64,000 bases of DNA, from positions 14,157 through 78,156 of the forward strand of contig CAXHJY010000661.1 in NCBI GenBank assembly GCA_964016885.1, read 5' to 3'. The notes beneath the pieces were generated by a model. That model was not told where the DNA came from. It saw only the letters and a program-made list of their open reading frames with translations, and ran no database searches. Numbering within the stretch: the stretch's first letter is position 1; each line of letters opens with the position of its first letter. The position numbers were made by a program, and so were the translations under genes. This DNA is from Eledone cirrhosa. Its lineage: Eukaryota. Positions 44,077 to 57,769 of this stretch are shown here, in pieces.

Positions 44077-44930
44077 GTGGATTGGCAGTATCGGTAGAGG
44101 GTCAGACGCCATGCTTTGCAGCAAAGAGTTACGGCCCTTTATGGTCTGAGCTCATAGGCGGTGGATTGGCAGTACCGGTAGAGGGTCGGACGCCATGCTT
44201 TCCAGCATAGTTACGTCCCTTTACGATCTGAGTTCAAATCCCGCCGAGGTTGACTTTGCCTTTCATCCTTACGAGGTCGATAAAATAAAGTACCAGTAAT
44301 GCACTGGTTAATTGCTGGCCTTGTGCCTAAAGTAGAAACAATTATTACTACCAGCACTACTATTAGTATTACTACATAGTACTATTACTACCAGCACTAC
44401 TATTAGTATTACTACATAGTACTATTACTAGCAACACTACTATTAGTATTACTACCAGCACTACTATTAGTATTATTACATAGTACTATTACTACCAGTA
44501 CTACTATTAGTATTACTACATAGTACTATTACTACCAGTACTACTATTAGTATTACTACATAGTACTATTACTACCAGCACTACTATTAGTATTACTATA
44601 TAGTACTATTACTACCAGCACTATTATTACTACTACGGCAGTATCGGTAGAGTGTCAGACGCCATGCTTTTCATCATAGATTTACGGCCCTTAACGGTCT
44701 GAGTTCAAATCCCGCCAAGGTTAACTTTGCTTTTCATCCTTAAGGGGTCTATAAAATAAAGTACCAGTATTGCACTGGGGTAATTGCTGGGCTTGTGCAA
44801 AAAGTAGAAACAACTATTACTACTACCACTAATACCAGCACTACCATTAGTATTACTTCATATTAATTACTATTACTACTACCACCACTAACATTAGTAT
44901 TACTACATAGTACTATTACTACATGGTACT
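44077..44930 (+). mobile_element. SINEs (44077-44345, 44637-44812) separated by an (actatt/actac)-type minisatellite
   Basis: A/B boxes and core; ~40 bp repeat actattactaccagcactactattagtattactacatagt. Confidence 0.8.
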
Positions 44931-44962
44931 ATGTTAAAACAACAAAACACTATCAACGGTAA

Positions 44963-47094
44963 TGGTGGTCTCTCATCTAGACACAAAGCCAGCAAACCCT
45001 TGGGTGAGAGGAAAGTCTATATTATATTGACCTCAGCATTTGACTGGTACTTCAACAAAGACAGACATTCTCAAAAATACCGGTTGGTGGTCTCTCATCT
45101 AGACACAAAGCCAGCAAACCCTTGGGTGAGAGGAAAGTCTATATTATATTGACCTCAGCATTTGACTGGTACTTCAACAAAGACAGACACTCTCAAAAAT
45201 ACCGGTTGGTGGTCTCTCATCTAGACACAAAGCCAGGAAACCCTTGGGTGAGAGGAAAGTCTATATTATATTGACCTCAGCATTTGACTGGTACTTCAAC
45301 AAAGACAGACACTCTCAAAAGTACCGGTTGGTGGTCTCTCATCTAGACACAAAGCCAGCAAACCCTTGGGTGAAAGGAAAGTCTATATTATATTGACCTC
45401 AGCATTTGACTGGTACTTCAACAAAGACAGACACTCTCAAAAGTACCGGTTGGTGGTCTCTCATCTAGACACCATGCCAGGAAACCCTTGGGTGAGAGGA
45501 AAGTCTATATTATATTGACCTCAGCATTTGACTGGTACTTCAACAAAGACAGACACTCTCAAAAGTACCGGTTGGTGGTCTCTCATCTAGACACAAAGCC
45601 AGGAAACCCTTGGGTGAGAGGAAAGTCTATATTATATTGACCTCAGCATTTGACTGGTACTTCAACAAAGACAGACACTCTAAAAAATACCGGTTGGTGG
45701 TCTCTCATCTAGACACAAAGCCAGCAAACCCTTGGGTGAGAGGAAAGTCTATATTATATTGACCTCAGCATTTGACTGGTACTTCAACAAAGACAGACAC
45801 TCTCAAAAGTACCGGTTGGTGGTCTCTCATCTAGACACAAAGCCAGGAAACCCTTGGGTGAGAGGAAAGTCTATATTATATTGACCTCAGCATTTGACTG
45901 GTACTTCAACAAAGACAGACACTCTAAAAAATACCGGTTGGTGGTCTCTCATCTAGACACAAAGCCAGCAAACCCTTGGGTGAGAGGAAAGTCTATATTA
46001 TATTGACCTCAGCATTTGACTGGTACTTCAACAAAGACAGACACTCTCAAAAGTACCGGTTGGTGGTCTCTCATCTAGACACAAAGCCAGCAAACCCTTG
46101 GGTGAAAGGAAAGTCTATATTATATTGACCTCAGCATTTGACTGGTACTTCAACAAAGACAGACACTCTCAAAAGTACCGGTTGGTGGTCTCTCATCTAG
46201 ACACCATGCCAGGAAACCCTTGGGTGAGAGGAAAGTCTATATTATATTGACCTCAGCATTTGACTGGTACTTCAACAAAGACAGACACTCTCAAAAGTAC
46301 CGGTTGGTGGTCTCTCATCTAGACACAAAGCCAGGAAACCCTTGGGTGAGAGGAAAGTCTATATTATATTGACCTCAGCATTTGACTGGTACTTCAACAA
46401 AGACAGACACTCTAAAAAATACCGGTTGGTGGTCTCTCATCTAGACACAAAGCCAGCAAACCCTTGGGTGAGAGGAAAGTCTATATTATATTGACCTCAG
46501 CATTTGACTGGTACTTCAACAAAGACAGACACTCTCAAAAGTACCGGTTGGTGGTCTCTCATCTAGACACAAAGCCAGGAAACCCTTGGGTGAGAGGAAA
46601 GTCTATATTATATTGACCTCAGCATTTGACTGGTACTTCAACAAAGACAGACACTCTAAAAAATACCGGTTGGTGGTCTCTCATCTAGACACAAAGCCAG
46701 CAAACCCTTGGGTGAGAGGAAAGTCTATATTATATTGACCTCAGCATTTGACTGGTACTTCAACAAAGACAGACACTCTCAAAAGTACCGGTTGGTGGTC
46801 TCTCATCTAGACACAAAGCCAGGAAACCCTTGGGTGAGAGGAAAGTCTATATTATATTGACCTCAGCATTTGACTGGTACTTCAACAAAGACAGACACTC
46901 TAAAAAATACCGGTTGGTGGTCTCTCATCTAGACACAAAGCCAGCAAACCCTTGGGTGAGAGGAAAGTCTATATTATATTGACCTCAGCATTTGACTGGT
47001 ACTTCAACAAAGACAGACACTCTCAAAAGTACCGGTTGGTGGTCTCTCATCTAGACACAAAGCCAGCAAACCCTTGGGTGAAAGGAAAGTCTAT
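44963..47094. repeat. 122-bp tandem satellite, ~17.5 copies, derived from a SINE end
   Basis: tctcatctag recurs every 122 bp from 44971 to 47045 (17 periods). Confidence 0.97.
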
Positions 47095-47496
47095 TACGTT
47101 ATCTTTATATCATCGACCCTGGAAGGATGGAACACACAGTTGACCTTGGCGAGATGAGAAATCAGAAGGAAAAATAGCAACAACCTAATCCCTTCAAGGC
47201 GGTAACTCAACATAACCGCAGTTCAATGAATGAAACGAATAAGGCAGTAGAAGAAAGTAAACAATTAATGGTTGTCTAGTCATAGACAAAACAGAATAAG
47301 TTGAGGGATATAGCAGTGTCTGGATCATTTATAAAATAGGAACTATGCCAGCTTTTTGAAATGCTCGCAGAAAAAAACAAAAAACAATTCGATGGCCGGA
47401 TTATCCGTTTTTGTCGGATTTTTCGTTTTGCCGGATTATATAATAATTCCTTAGAATGATGTGGGAAGTAGTCTTCTTACCTCTTAACTATAATAA

Positions 47497-47952
47497 TTGT
47501 TTCTACCTTTGGCACAAGGCCAGCAAATTCACCAGTACATTACTGGTACTTTATTTTATCGACCCCGTAAGGATGAAAGGCAAAGTCAACCTCGACAGGA
47601 CTTGAACTCAGATATAATAATGGTTTCTGATATAGAAACAAGGCCAGTAATTTGGGGAGGAAGAGAAAGTCGATTAAATCGATCCCATTGCAATACTGGT
47701 ACTTTATCTTATCGATCACGTAAGGATGAAAGGCAAAGTTAACCACAGCGGGATTTGAACTCATAGCGTAGAGGGCTGTAACTATGCCATAATGCATATT
47801 GTCTGATACTCTATCGATACTGCTAATCCACCGCCCTCCTCTCGACTGTAATAATTGTTTATACTATTGGCACAAGGCCAGAAATTACCCAGTACATTAC
47901 TGGTACTTTATTTTATCGACCCCGTAAGGATGAAAGCAAAGTTAACCTCGGC
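47497..47952 (-). mobile_element. Three tRNA-derived SINE copies or fragments
   Basis: Reverse complement of the 13165 family. Confidence 0.85.
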
Positions 47953-49547
47953 TGTAATAATGAAGACTGAAAACGCAAATCTTTAAAATTAAGTCTAATG
48001 CCACTCGGTAACATCTTAATGTGAAGTTAAAAGTCTGAAGGGTCGTGAGAAATTTGAGTTTTCACCTATATCCGAATATAAAGAGATGCCGGATCATAAA
48101 TTGCCGAGAAACCGGTGTTGTGCCTGTATCCATAGAATTAATGTGACAATGTGGGAATGTCTATGTAGTCGCTCATCTTAAGAAATAGCAGTCAAATTTC
48201 ATTTAAATCCCATTTTACACTCTTTAATGGTACACATTTGATGGTGTGATTTTACGGGGGTTGGGTAAAATGTTCATAGAATGAAAAGTTCATATGCTGA
48301 CCAAGATACTCTCATGGAATGACTAAATGAGGTTTATTTTTTAATATAGTCCCTGGAAAGAAATAATGCAATTATGAATAAAAAGAGTTGAAATTAATGC
48401 ATGCAAGATTTCACAGCCCTAGCATCACTCCTTCGTAGTTAACCTATGAACATTGAAACCAACCCTCGTATATGAGCTGTTTCTGAGACCCCCCTCCCCT
48501 CCAACCGCTGTAGGCTGGTCATAAATGGAATGTGTTGATAAGAGCTGACCAGAAGCTAGAAATCATTACAACTCACAGAAAATGATGCAGTAGAAATATA
48601 CCTGGAAAACCTTACAGCATGATAAAGGGACTATACTGTGTGCTTTACTAAAGAAATTCCCTTCGTAAGCATATGGCTCCTAGCTTCGATCGATCTCAGC
48701 ACCCGATAATTTGGACAAGTCTTTACCGCCACAGTCATAGATTGACCAATGCTTTGTGAGTGAATTTCTTCTTTCTTTCTCTCTTTTTTTTGTTTACTCT
48801 TTAGTCGGTCAGGTCCTCGGTGACTGGTTGTAAGTGGGGAGGACGTTATCCTTAAACCGGAAGCCTGGACGAAAAGCTTACAACAGAAGAAACTTTGAGC
48901 CAAATAAATTTTGGTGGAGGGTAAGTCGATGAAATCGATCCCAGTCCAAAAACTGGTACTTTATTTTATCGGCCCCGTAAAGATGAAAGACAAAGCAAAA
49001 CTCGGCGGGATTTGAAACATCATCGACTAAATTGGCCAATGTGACCTATTTTTAAGAGGGTGAAGTATAATTTGAGGGAGATTTAGCTGCTATTTCGCTC
49101 CGATAGAGCACCAATTATTTGGGCTTATGTCGATGATGGTGATGATTGTGATAGGAATATTTTCTTACAAGTAAACAAATACTACAAAAGGAGTTGATAG
49201 CTGATTAGATATTAGATTGATCCCAGTACTTGACTGTTACTTTATTTTATTGACCCCCGAAATAATAAAAAGTCGACCCCAGCCTTATTTGAACTCAAAA
49301 CATAAAAGAAGATATCCAAAAGCATACAAAAATTAATTGATTCTAAACCCCACATGAAGTTATCAGGCCTTTAAAAACATTTCACCAGCCCCCAACACTG
49401 CTTTTCTTAAATAAATCCTTTCACAGTTATTCATCCCTGCAGCTTCCTGACCTCAAAACGGGTCAGTGTATGTAATTTTAATTATTTTTCAATAAAAAAA
49501 AAAATAATGATGATAATAATAATAACAACAATTCTACACACACACAC

Positions 49548-49591
<44 letters not shown>

Positions 49592-52500
49592 CTTTGAAGA
49601 TATCCTTCTCTCCAGCAATCTTTCTCTTCTTTTGTCTCTCACTTATCTTTCTTTCTTTCTTTCTTTACCCTCTCTCTTTTTTTCACATCCATCTTCTATC
49701 ATTTACCCCCCGCCCCACACCCTTTATAACTTCTCCCTCTTCATACCCCACCCCATCCACCACCACTCGTTTTCGTTTTTCAGAAAAATTGATGGATTTT
49801 TCAGAGATATTCACTTGGAAAGCAAAAGCAAACAAATAAATAAATATAAAAAAATTAAAATAATAAATAAATAAAAGAAAAAGAAAATAAAGGAAAAAGA
49901 AAAAAAATAGACAAAAAGAATATTGTATGTATATATATTTTTGTTGTTTTATATAACATCTTCAGATCTTATTTTTTCCCTCCTTCTCTCGACCCCAGAA
50001 CGTTAGGTCTTCACCTCACCACCCATATATCTTGTTTTCTACTTTGCTCTGTATACCAACTACAATGGATGTATATATATATTATCAACCTTTACGCTCC
50101 AAGGCACCCATCCTAACTGTTGTTTTGCCTTTCTTACTTCAGTTTTCTTTCATTTTCTTCATTTCTTTCTTTCCCCACCAGCACCAGCGCCACCGTCGCC
50201 AGCGACGACGGCCCCCGCATTTATTGTTTGTAACTCGTTAAAGACATTAGTTACAGCATCTCCCTTCTGGGTCCTTGGACATAACAATACTCTCCGTTTT
50301 TATCCCACGCATTCAGAAGTAGGAGGTGAACTACTTAAGCATCTAGTGTCTATATATATATATATACGTTATTCCGGGTTGAATCGGAGGTAACCACAGT
50401 AAGTAAGGTACTCAATACATTACAGAGTATAAAAGTTTTAATATAGATGAGATTCTACAGGACTAGAACTGTTTCATTCTTTAGAAATCATCAGGAATCT
50501 CGAGATTCCTGATGATTTCTAAAGAATGAAACAGTTCTAGTCCTGTAGAATCTCATCTATATTAAAACTTTTATACTCTGTTATATATATATATATATAT
50601 ATATATGTTTGTGTGTGTGCCGGGTTCAATCGGGTTTCCTGGTGATTTCCTTCGAACGAAACAGTTCTAATCCTGTAGAAGCCAATTCTACATTAAATTA
50701 TATATATATATATTGTAAAGTGTACGACGGCTGAGCTATTGCTCTTTCGACGGCGAATGGACACTTCAGTTATCCATTTGCCGTCGAAACGGCAAGAGAT
50801 CAGCCGTCGGCCACTAACTCTTTACACAATTTACACTCTACTTACCTAAGTATAGAGTACATAGCTGAACAGTGTTCTTACTAATCTAAACTTTGTATAT
50901 AAAGCCTGTTGACGACTTTCTTAGAAGAGGCACAGCAACTGGTCGAAAGGATTGGGTAGAAAAAGGACTACCTGTTAGCTTATTCGTGAGTTTGTCTGGA
51001 TAGTTGGTATTTTAGTCAACCGTTGGCTCGCGTTACCTCCGCAGCAGATACCAAAGCTTCAATGTAAAATAATGGTATGGTATGGTATGGTATGGACCCG
51101 TAACTCCCCAGGAGTCGTAAAGGCGCCATATTGACATACGGCCTTTCTAGAGCATCTTTTAAAACTATCTCCTCTTTAGGCCTGAATAAAGCAGACTTCC
51201 TTCAGAGATGGATAGAGAGAGTGAGAGAAAGGAAGTGAGAAAAAAATATAGAGGAAGAATCGACCCCAGTACTGGACTGCTATGTTTATATGGACCATAA
51301 ATGGGTGAAAAGCAAAGTTGACCTCGGCTGGATTTGAACTCAGAGAGCCGAAATAACTACTATAAAGCATTCTATCCGACGTTCTAACGACTCCACCAAT
51401 TCGCCGCCTATTCTAGGCGTAGATTGATATCCCACCGCACCCCTCGTAACTTAACTCACAATAGGGTTGCAGGGATGATTTTATGTTTTAGTTATTTTAA
51501 ACCAGGCAGAGTTCATCGTTTTCCAAGTCTGAATAGAACCGATTTCTTCTGGAGAAAGACAGAAGGAAAGAGAGAGAAAGGAAATATAGAAGAATTGACC
51601 TCAGTACTGGACTTTATTGACCTCGAAATGATAAAACATCGGTTGGATGTGAATTAAGGGAGTGCAGAGAGCCGAAACGAATACCATAAACTATTCTATC
51701 CCACGTTGTAACAAATCTGCCAATTTCCAACCTTATGTATATATAAAAAAATCTTTTATAATCGGTTGGCGGTTGAATAGCGGACAAGAGACAGCGGTAA
51801 TAACTGTTTCTACGTTTGACACAAGGCCAGCAATTACCCAGTGCATTACTGGTACTTTATTTTATCGACCCCGTAAGGATGAAAGGCAAGAATAACGGCA
51901 GACCTGCTAACCTATAGAATCTCAAACGAGGAGGACCATGAATAAAAGTGCCCCAAAACGGAGAAATGAGACAAAATGGGGTGATTTTGCATAATGAAAG
52001 CTATACCCATTTTCACTGGAGAAAACATCTCTCACCTACCCCAAGGTAGGTGGGAGATCTCCCCGTCAGACGAGGAGAGTTGATAGGTCTGTAACGGGAC
52101 CATATACAACTAAGTAAACAGACGTATAAGAACGTAAACTCCTCTCATCATACGAAGAAAAATAGAATTTATTGCAATAAAGTATAAGTACCACCCCCCA
52201 CCAACTCTACAATATTCATGGCAATAAGGAAACAAAAAGGGAGTGGAAAATAAGAAAAAGAGTAAGAAAAATAAGGGAATTAAGGAACGAGAGGAGATGC
52301 AGGAGTGGGGGTGGCAACACACGTTACAACCCAGTCTAAATGATGTTTCAACTACGCCACACGGATGAAATGGCAAATATACTGCTGCGGAGAATTGGCA
52401 GCGACACCCGCTGCGACAGTCACTCCACTTCACTGAGCTCCTACCTCAGGTGGGCTCATGTCTTTTCGATTTTATAAATGAATCCGGTATGGTATGGTCC

Positions 52501-53081
52501 CGTAACTCCTGATAAAATCGTAGGGGCACCGTATTGATTGACACACGGCGTTTCTTCGTCATTTTAAACCTAGCGGAGCCCATCCCTCTCCAGGCCTGAG
52601 TACAGTAGATTTCTTCCAGAGAGAGAGAGGGAGAGAGAGAGAGAGGGAAGGAGGGAGAGAGAGGGAGAGAGAGAGAGGGAAGGAGGGAGAGAGAGGGAGA
52701 ATCGACCCCAGTACTAGACTGGCATTTTTTTTTTTATCGACCTCGAAAGGATGAAAGGCAATGTTGACCAAATCCACAATACTATATTACTACTCCTATT
52801 AACAATTTCTGTTCTTTTGTCTTCTTCGAATGTGTAATGATACGAGCACAAAAAATTCCCCTTCTTTATAAAGCCATCACTAATCCGTTACATTCGAAGG
52901 CAGTTTCGGGAACGGCTATGATTGTTTCATCATTTGTTGTTTCAAACACGATCTTAATTACACCCCTTATGTATTGAAGGATTGTACAGTGAAAGAAAAC
53001 TATTCAGTTTGGGTGGTAAACTGAATGCGTCACACAGTTTCACACAATCACACGACACCTCCTCTCGTGCCTTCCGGTTAC

Positions 53082-53190
53082 CTTTCGCAGAGTCCATTCT
53101 ATTATAAATATTTGATCTGGATCACTTGTTTGAGGATCACCAACGAATAGTCACTTCTTCCTTTCTTTGATCACACAACGCTCGAAAGTT
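53082..53190 (-). other. Candidate 109-bp exon (5'UTR-like, ATG at 53097 giving MDSAK)
   Basis: Strong acceptor tttttctttttgttttgcag and donor aag|gtaacc; all three frames closed before the ATG. Confidence 0.45.
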
Positions 53191-53206
53191 CTGCAAAACA
53201 AAAAGA

Positions 53207-53384
53207 AAAAGGTATTATTTGTGACGCCTTTAATATTCCCTGACCACACCAAAAGGTATTATTTGTGACGCCTTTAATATTCTCTGACCACACCAAAAGG
53301 TATTATTTGTGACGCCTTTAATATTCTCTGACCACACCAAAAGGTATTATTTGTATTATTTAATATTCTATGACCACACCAAAA
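53207..53384. repeat. 44-bp tandem repeat, ~4 copies
   Basis: aaaaggtattatttgtgacgcctttaatattctctgaccacacc. Confidence 0.9.
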
Positions 53385-53955
53385 CAAAAATAAGGAGAGA
53401 GAGAGAATAGAAAAAAATAAAATTAGACTAAATTTATTTTCTGAATTCAAAAAATCGTATAGGGGTAAAAACGAAAAATTGTTCACACTCAGAGATCGTT
53501 TAAATAAATATCAGTCAAATATTAAGAAGCCATTTTGTGTAAGGAAAAAAATAAATATTTTTGTATTCAAGTGCAAATCCTTGCAAAAAAAAAAAAAATA
53601 ATAAATAAATAAAATAAATATAGGAAAGAAATGCAAATCCACCCAATCCTTGATAAGAGTATGAAGTAAATTTTAATTTAAAACGATTAAAGTTTAATTT
53701 GATTTAATTATAAATTATATCATCGTTAAAATTGAAAACAGAAAAAGAACACGGAAAAAAAATTGTAGGTATGTTTTTATGGTGTAAGAGGAAATGCCTA
53801 ATACACTGAGTTAAGCCCTTCATCCAATAAACCTTGTTTGCCTTTTAAGTTAATGCCCCTTGCCGACAGATTTGTCACGAATTAATATGATATAAATATA
53901 TGTATGTGTGTGTACATATAAAATGTATGTATATATTCATTTATATAGGTGTGTG

Positions 53956-54006
<51 letters not shown>

Positions 54007-54137
54007 TATGTATAAATATGTGTGTATGTGTATATATATATATATATTCATATATATACATATATACATACTCATATATATACACATCAACCTATCCCTG
54101 GAATGTATAGTTAAACATAATGTACGTAAGCATGTGC

Positions 54138-54168
<31 letters not shown>

Positions 54169-54504
54169 CGTGTATATATATATATATACATATATATATA
54201 TACATAATAAGGATATTACGCAATGTTATGCTGGGTACCACCTGGTTTCGCAACGCACCCATATTGCTTTCCTTTCTTTTCAAAGATCAAAACAATAAAA
54301 AATATGCAATGCTGTAGTGGCGTAAAATAATATTTATAGAAAGCTGAGTCTTCCTGAGTCACTACTCAGAGTTTCGTAATACTCATCTTCAGAATAAAAA
54401 CAAAATTTCAAAAGAAATTATAAACTGCCAATAGCAGACTTCCTTTTCCGTTTTTAATGATTTTCACTCTATTTTATAACATTTCCGCGCATGAGCACAC
54501 TGAT

Positions 54505-54745
54505 ACTATGGACATTCGGTTAGAATGTCTCAGGAAAGAATCGCTGGACAAATTTTACAAGCAAAACCAACCGACAGGAGACCCGGAGGCAGACCCCGAA
54601 CAAGGTGGTTATATAACATCCATGAGCTCGGCTGGTCTCGCCTGGAGATCCAGCCAGATCAGTTGAAGGCGGTTGCTTCTGACTAGACCCGCTGGAAGGA
54701 GTGTTTGTGGATTTTGCCCCCACAACCTTCTCAGAAATAAGTGAG
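54505..54745 (+). mobile_element. Second RTE-clade LINE 3' fragment
   Basis: GHSVRMSQERIAGQILQAKPTDRRPGGRPRTRW...LGWSRLEI...RW..LPPQP with one internal stop. Confidence 0.75.
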
Positions 54746-54787
54746 CGAACCATTATTGAGCACACCATTATTTTTTATTAGGTTTAT

Positions 54788-55165
54788 TGGCAATATCGGT
54801 AGAGGGTCGGACGCCATGCTTTGCAGCACAGAGTTACGGCCCTTTATGGTCTAAGTTCAAACCCTGCCGAGGTTAACTTTGTCTTTCATCCTTACGGGGT
54901 CGATAAAATAAAGTACCAGTAATACGCTGGGATAATTGCTGGCCTTGTGCCAAAAGTAGAAACAATTACTTTTATTAACTAAGGGCGGTGGATTGGCAGA
55001 ATTTGTAGAGGGTCGGACATGCTTTCCAGCATAGTTACGTCCCTTTACAATCTGAGTTCAAATCCCGCCGACGTTAACTTTGCCTTTCATCCTTACGAGG
55101 TCGATAAAATAAAGTACCAGTAATGTACTGTAATTGCTGGCCGTGTGCAAAATGTAGAAACAATT
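54788..55165 (+). mobile_element. Two tandem tRNA-derived SINEs
   Basis: Match to the 13165 family. Confidence 0.85.
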
Positions 55166-55699
55166 ATTTTTATTAACTTCTTAGCATTAAAAATATAAAA
55201 TGCACGACCATACTCTCATTGTTTCTGGTACAATGTATCCTAGACTATATAATTATGGATAGGCAATAATTTCCCCCTTTTTTGGAGGTGGTCGTGGGAG
55301 GGAGGGCAGCAGTTTGATATTTGAGGGAATCTAGCTACTATTTCTAGCTATTTGGGGTGAACACATAAGATACTACTTCGTCTTTGGCTCGTTAACTTAA
55401 TTTTGAAGATAGTGATATAGGTAGTCAGTCATGTATGGTTGTCAGGCAACAAAAAACGAAAACCTTCAACGTAGCCCCTCCTATCACCGCAGCATAGAAA
55501 CGTGTGTATGTATATGTATGTATGTGTGTGGTGGTGGGAAGGCTGTCTTAAATTGTGTATCTGTCTGTATTTTGGGAGGTCATGACCTTTGGAGACCTCA
55601 CTCGCCCCATTTACATTTTCTTATATTAAAGCCTTTTTTTTCTTTGTTGCTTCTCTTTTTAGTCTTTTCTCGGGCAGCGCCTCTTTAAGCTGGTACCGG

Positions 55700-57760
55700 T
55701 TTGTGGCTGTGGTAGGGTTATACTGCTGTGGTGGTGTGGTGGTGTAGGTGGCTGTGGTAGGGTTATGGTGGTGTGGTGGTGTAGGTGGCTGTGGTAGGGT
55801 TATACTGGTGTGGTGGTGTAGGTGGCTGTGGTAGGGTTATACTGCTGTGGTGGTGTGGTGGGGTAGGTGGCTGTGGTAGGGTTATGGTGGTGTGGTGGTG
55901 TAGGTGGCTGTGGTAGGGTTATACTGCTGTGGTGGTGTGGTGGTGGGGTGGTGTAGGTGGCTGTGGTCGGGTTATACTGCTATGGTGGTGTGGTGGGGTA
56001 GGTGGCTGTGGTAGGGTTATGGTGGTGTGGTGGTGTAGGTGGCTGTGGTAGGGTTATGGTGGTGTGGTGGTGTAGGTGGCTGTGGTAGGGTTATGGTGGT
56101 GTGATGGTGTAGGTGGCTGTGGTAGGGTTATGGTGGTGTGGTGGTGTAGGTGGCTGTGGTAGGGTTATGGTGGTGTGATGGTGTAGGTGGCTGTGGTAGG
56201 GTTATGGTGGTGTGATGGTGTAGGTGGCTGTGGTAGGGTTATGGTGGTGTGGTGGTGTAGGTGGCTGTGGTAGGGTTATACTGATGTGGTGGTGTGGTGG
56301 TGTGGTGGTGTGGTGGTGTAGGTGGCTGTGGTAGGGTTATACTGCTGTGGTGGTGTGGTGGTGTAGGTGGCTGTGGTAGGGTTATACTGCTGTGGTGGTG
56401 TGGTGGTGTAGGTGGCTGTGGTAGTGTTATATTGCTGTGGTGGTGTGGTGGTGTAGGTGGCTGTGGTAGGGTTATACTGCTGTGGTGGTGTGGTGGTGTA
56501 GGTGGCTGTGGTAGGGTAATACTGATGTGGTAGTGTGGTGGGGTAGGTGGCTGTGGTAGGGTTATACTGCTGTGGTGGTGTGGTGGTGTAGGTGGCTGTG
56601 GTAGGGTTATACTGATGTGGTGGTGCGGTGGTATTGAAGATGGGGTGGTGGAGCTGGAGTGGTGTGGTGGTGTTGGTAGGGTTATGGTGTGGTGGTGTTA
56701 ATGGGCGGTGTCGGTGGGGTGGTGGAGCTGGAGTGGTGTGGTTGTGTTAATAGGTGTGTGTCGGTAGGGTGCTGTAGGTGGAGAAGTGTGGTGGTGTGGT
56801 TGTGATGGTGTGTTGGAGTGGAGTGGTGTTGGTAGGGTTATGGTGTGGTGTTGTTAATGGGCTAGTCTCGGTGGGGTGGTTTAGGTGGAGTTATGTGGTT
56901 GTGGTGGTGTGGTGATGTTGGTATGGCTGAGGCGTTGTTGATATGGCTATGGCGGCGTGGCTATGGCTAGGGTGGTGTTGAGTTGGTTGTGGCGGGGTAG
57001 CTGTGGTGGTGTGGTGTTGGTATGGGTGTAGCGATGTGGATGTGGTGTCGGTGGGATGGTGTAGATGTGGTTGTGTGGCTGTAGTAAGGTTATGGTGGAT
57101 TGGTGTTGGTGTGGTTGTGGCGGTGTAGATAGGGTTGTGGCAGTGTAGATGTGGTAATGGTGGGGTAGATGTGGCAGTGGTGGGGTAGATGTGGTAGCGG
57201 TGGGGTAGATAGGGTTGTGGCGGTGTAGATGTGGTAGTGGTGGGGGTAGATGTGGTAGTGGTGGGGTAGATAGGGTTGTGGCGGTGTAGATGTGGTAGTG
57301 GTGGGGGTAGATGTGGTAGTGGTGGGGTAGATGTGGTAGTGGTGGGGTAGATGTGGTAGTGGTGGGGGTAGATGTGGTAGTGGTGGGGTAGATGTGGTAG
57401 TGGTGGGGTAGATGTGGTAGTGGTGGGGTAGATGTGGTAGTGGTGGTATAGTAAGCAGATGGTGGAATGGTGTGGTTGTGGAGTTGTTATGTTTGTGGTG
57501 GTGTTGATATGGCGGTGCTGATGTGGCGGTGTTTGTGTGGCTGTCGTAAGGTTACGGTGTGATGTTGTTAATGTTGTTGGGGTGGTGTTGGTATGGTGGT
57601 GGCGTGCTGGTGTTGGTATGGTTGTGGCGTTGGTGTAGTGTTGGTGGTATCGATGTGGTAGTATTGGTGGCGTGTTGTGGTGATGGTGGCTTGGTGGTGT
57701 TGCCTTAGTGGTGATGGTGGGCTGGTTGTATTGTTGGTGATGATGGGGTTGTTCTGTGGT
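55700..57760. repeat. G/T-rich minisatellites (ggtggtgtaggtggctgtggtagggttat; gtggggtagatgtggta)
   Basis: Direct reading; strong strand asymmetry. Confidence 0.92.
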
Positions 57761-57769
57761 TAGTTGATA

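Noticed and set aside
44963-47094. CRISPR-like regular array
   Set aside because: Units are near-identical with no unique spacers, there are no cas genes, and the context is eukaryotic. No HHR core was seen either.
55700-56630. Interstitial telomere
   Set aside because: No tandem (TTAGGG)n; only a single motif per unit.
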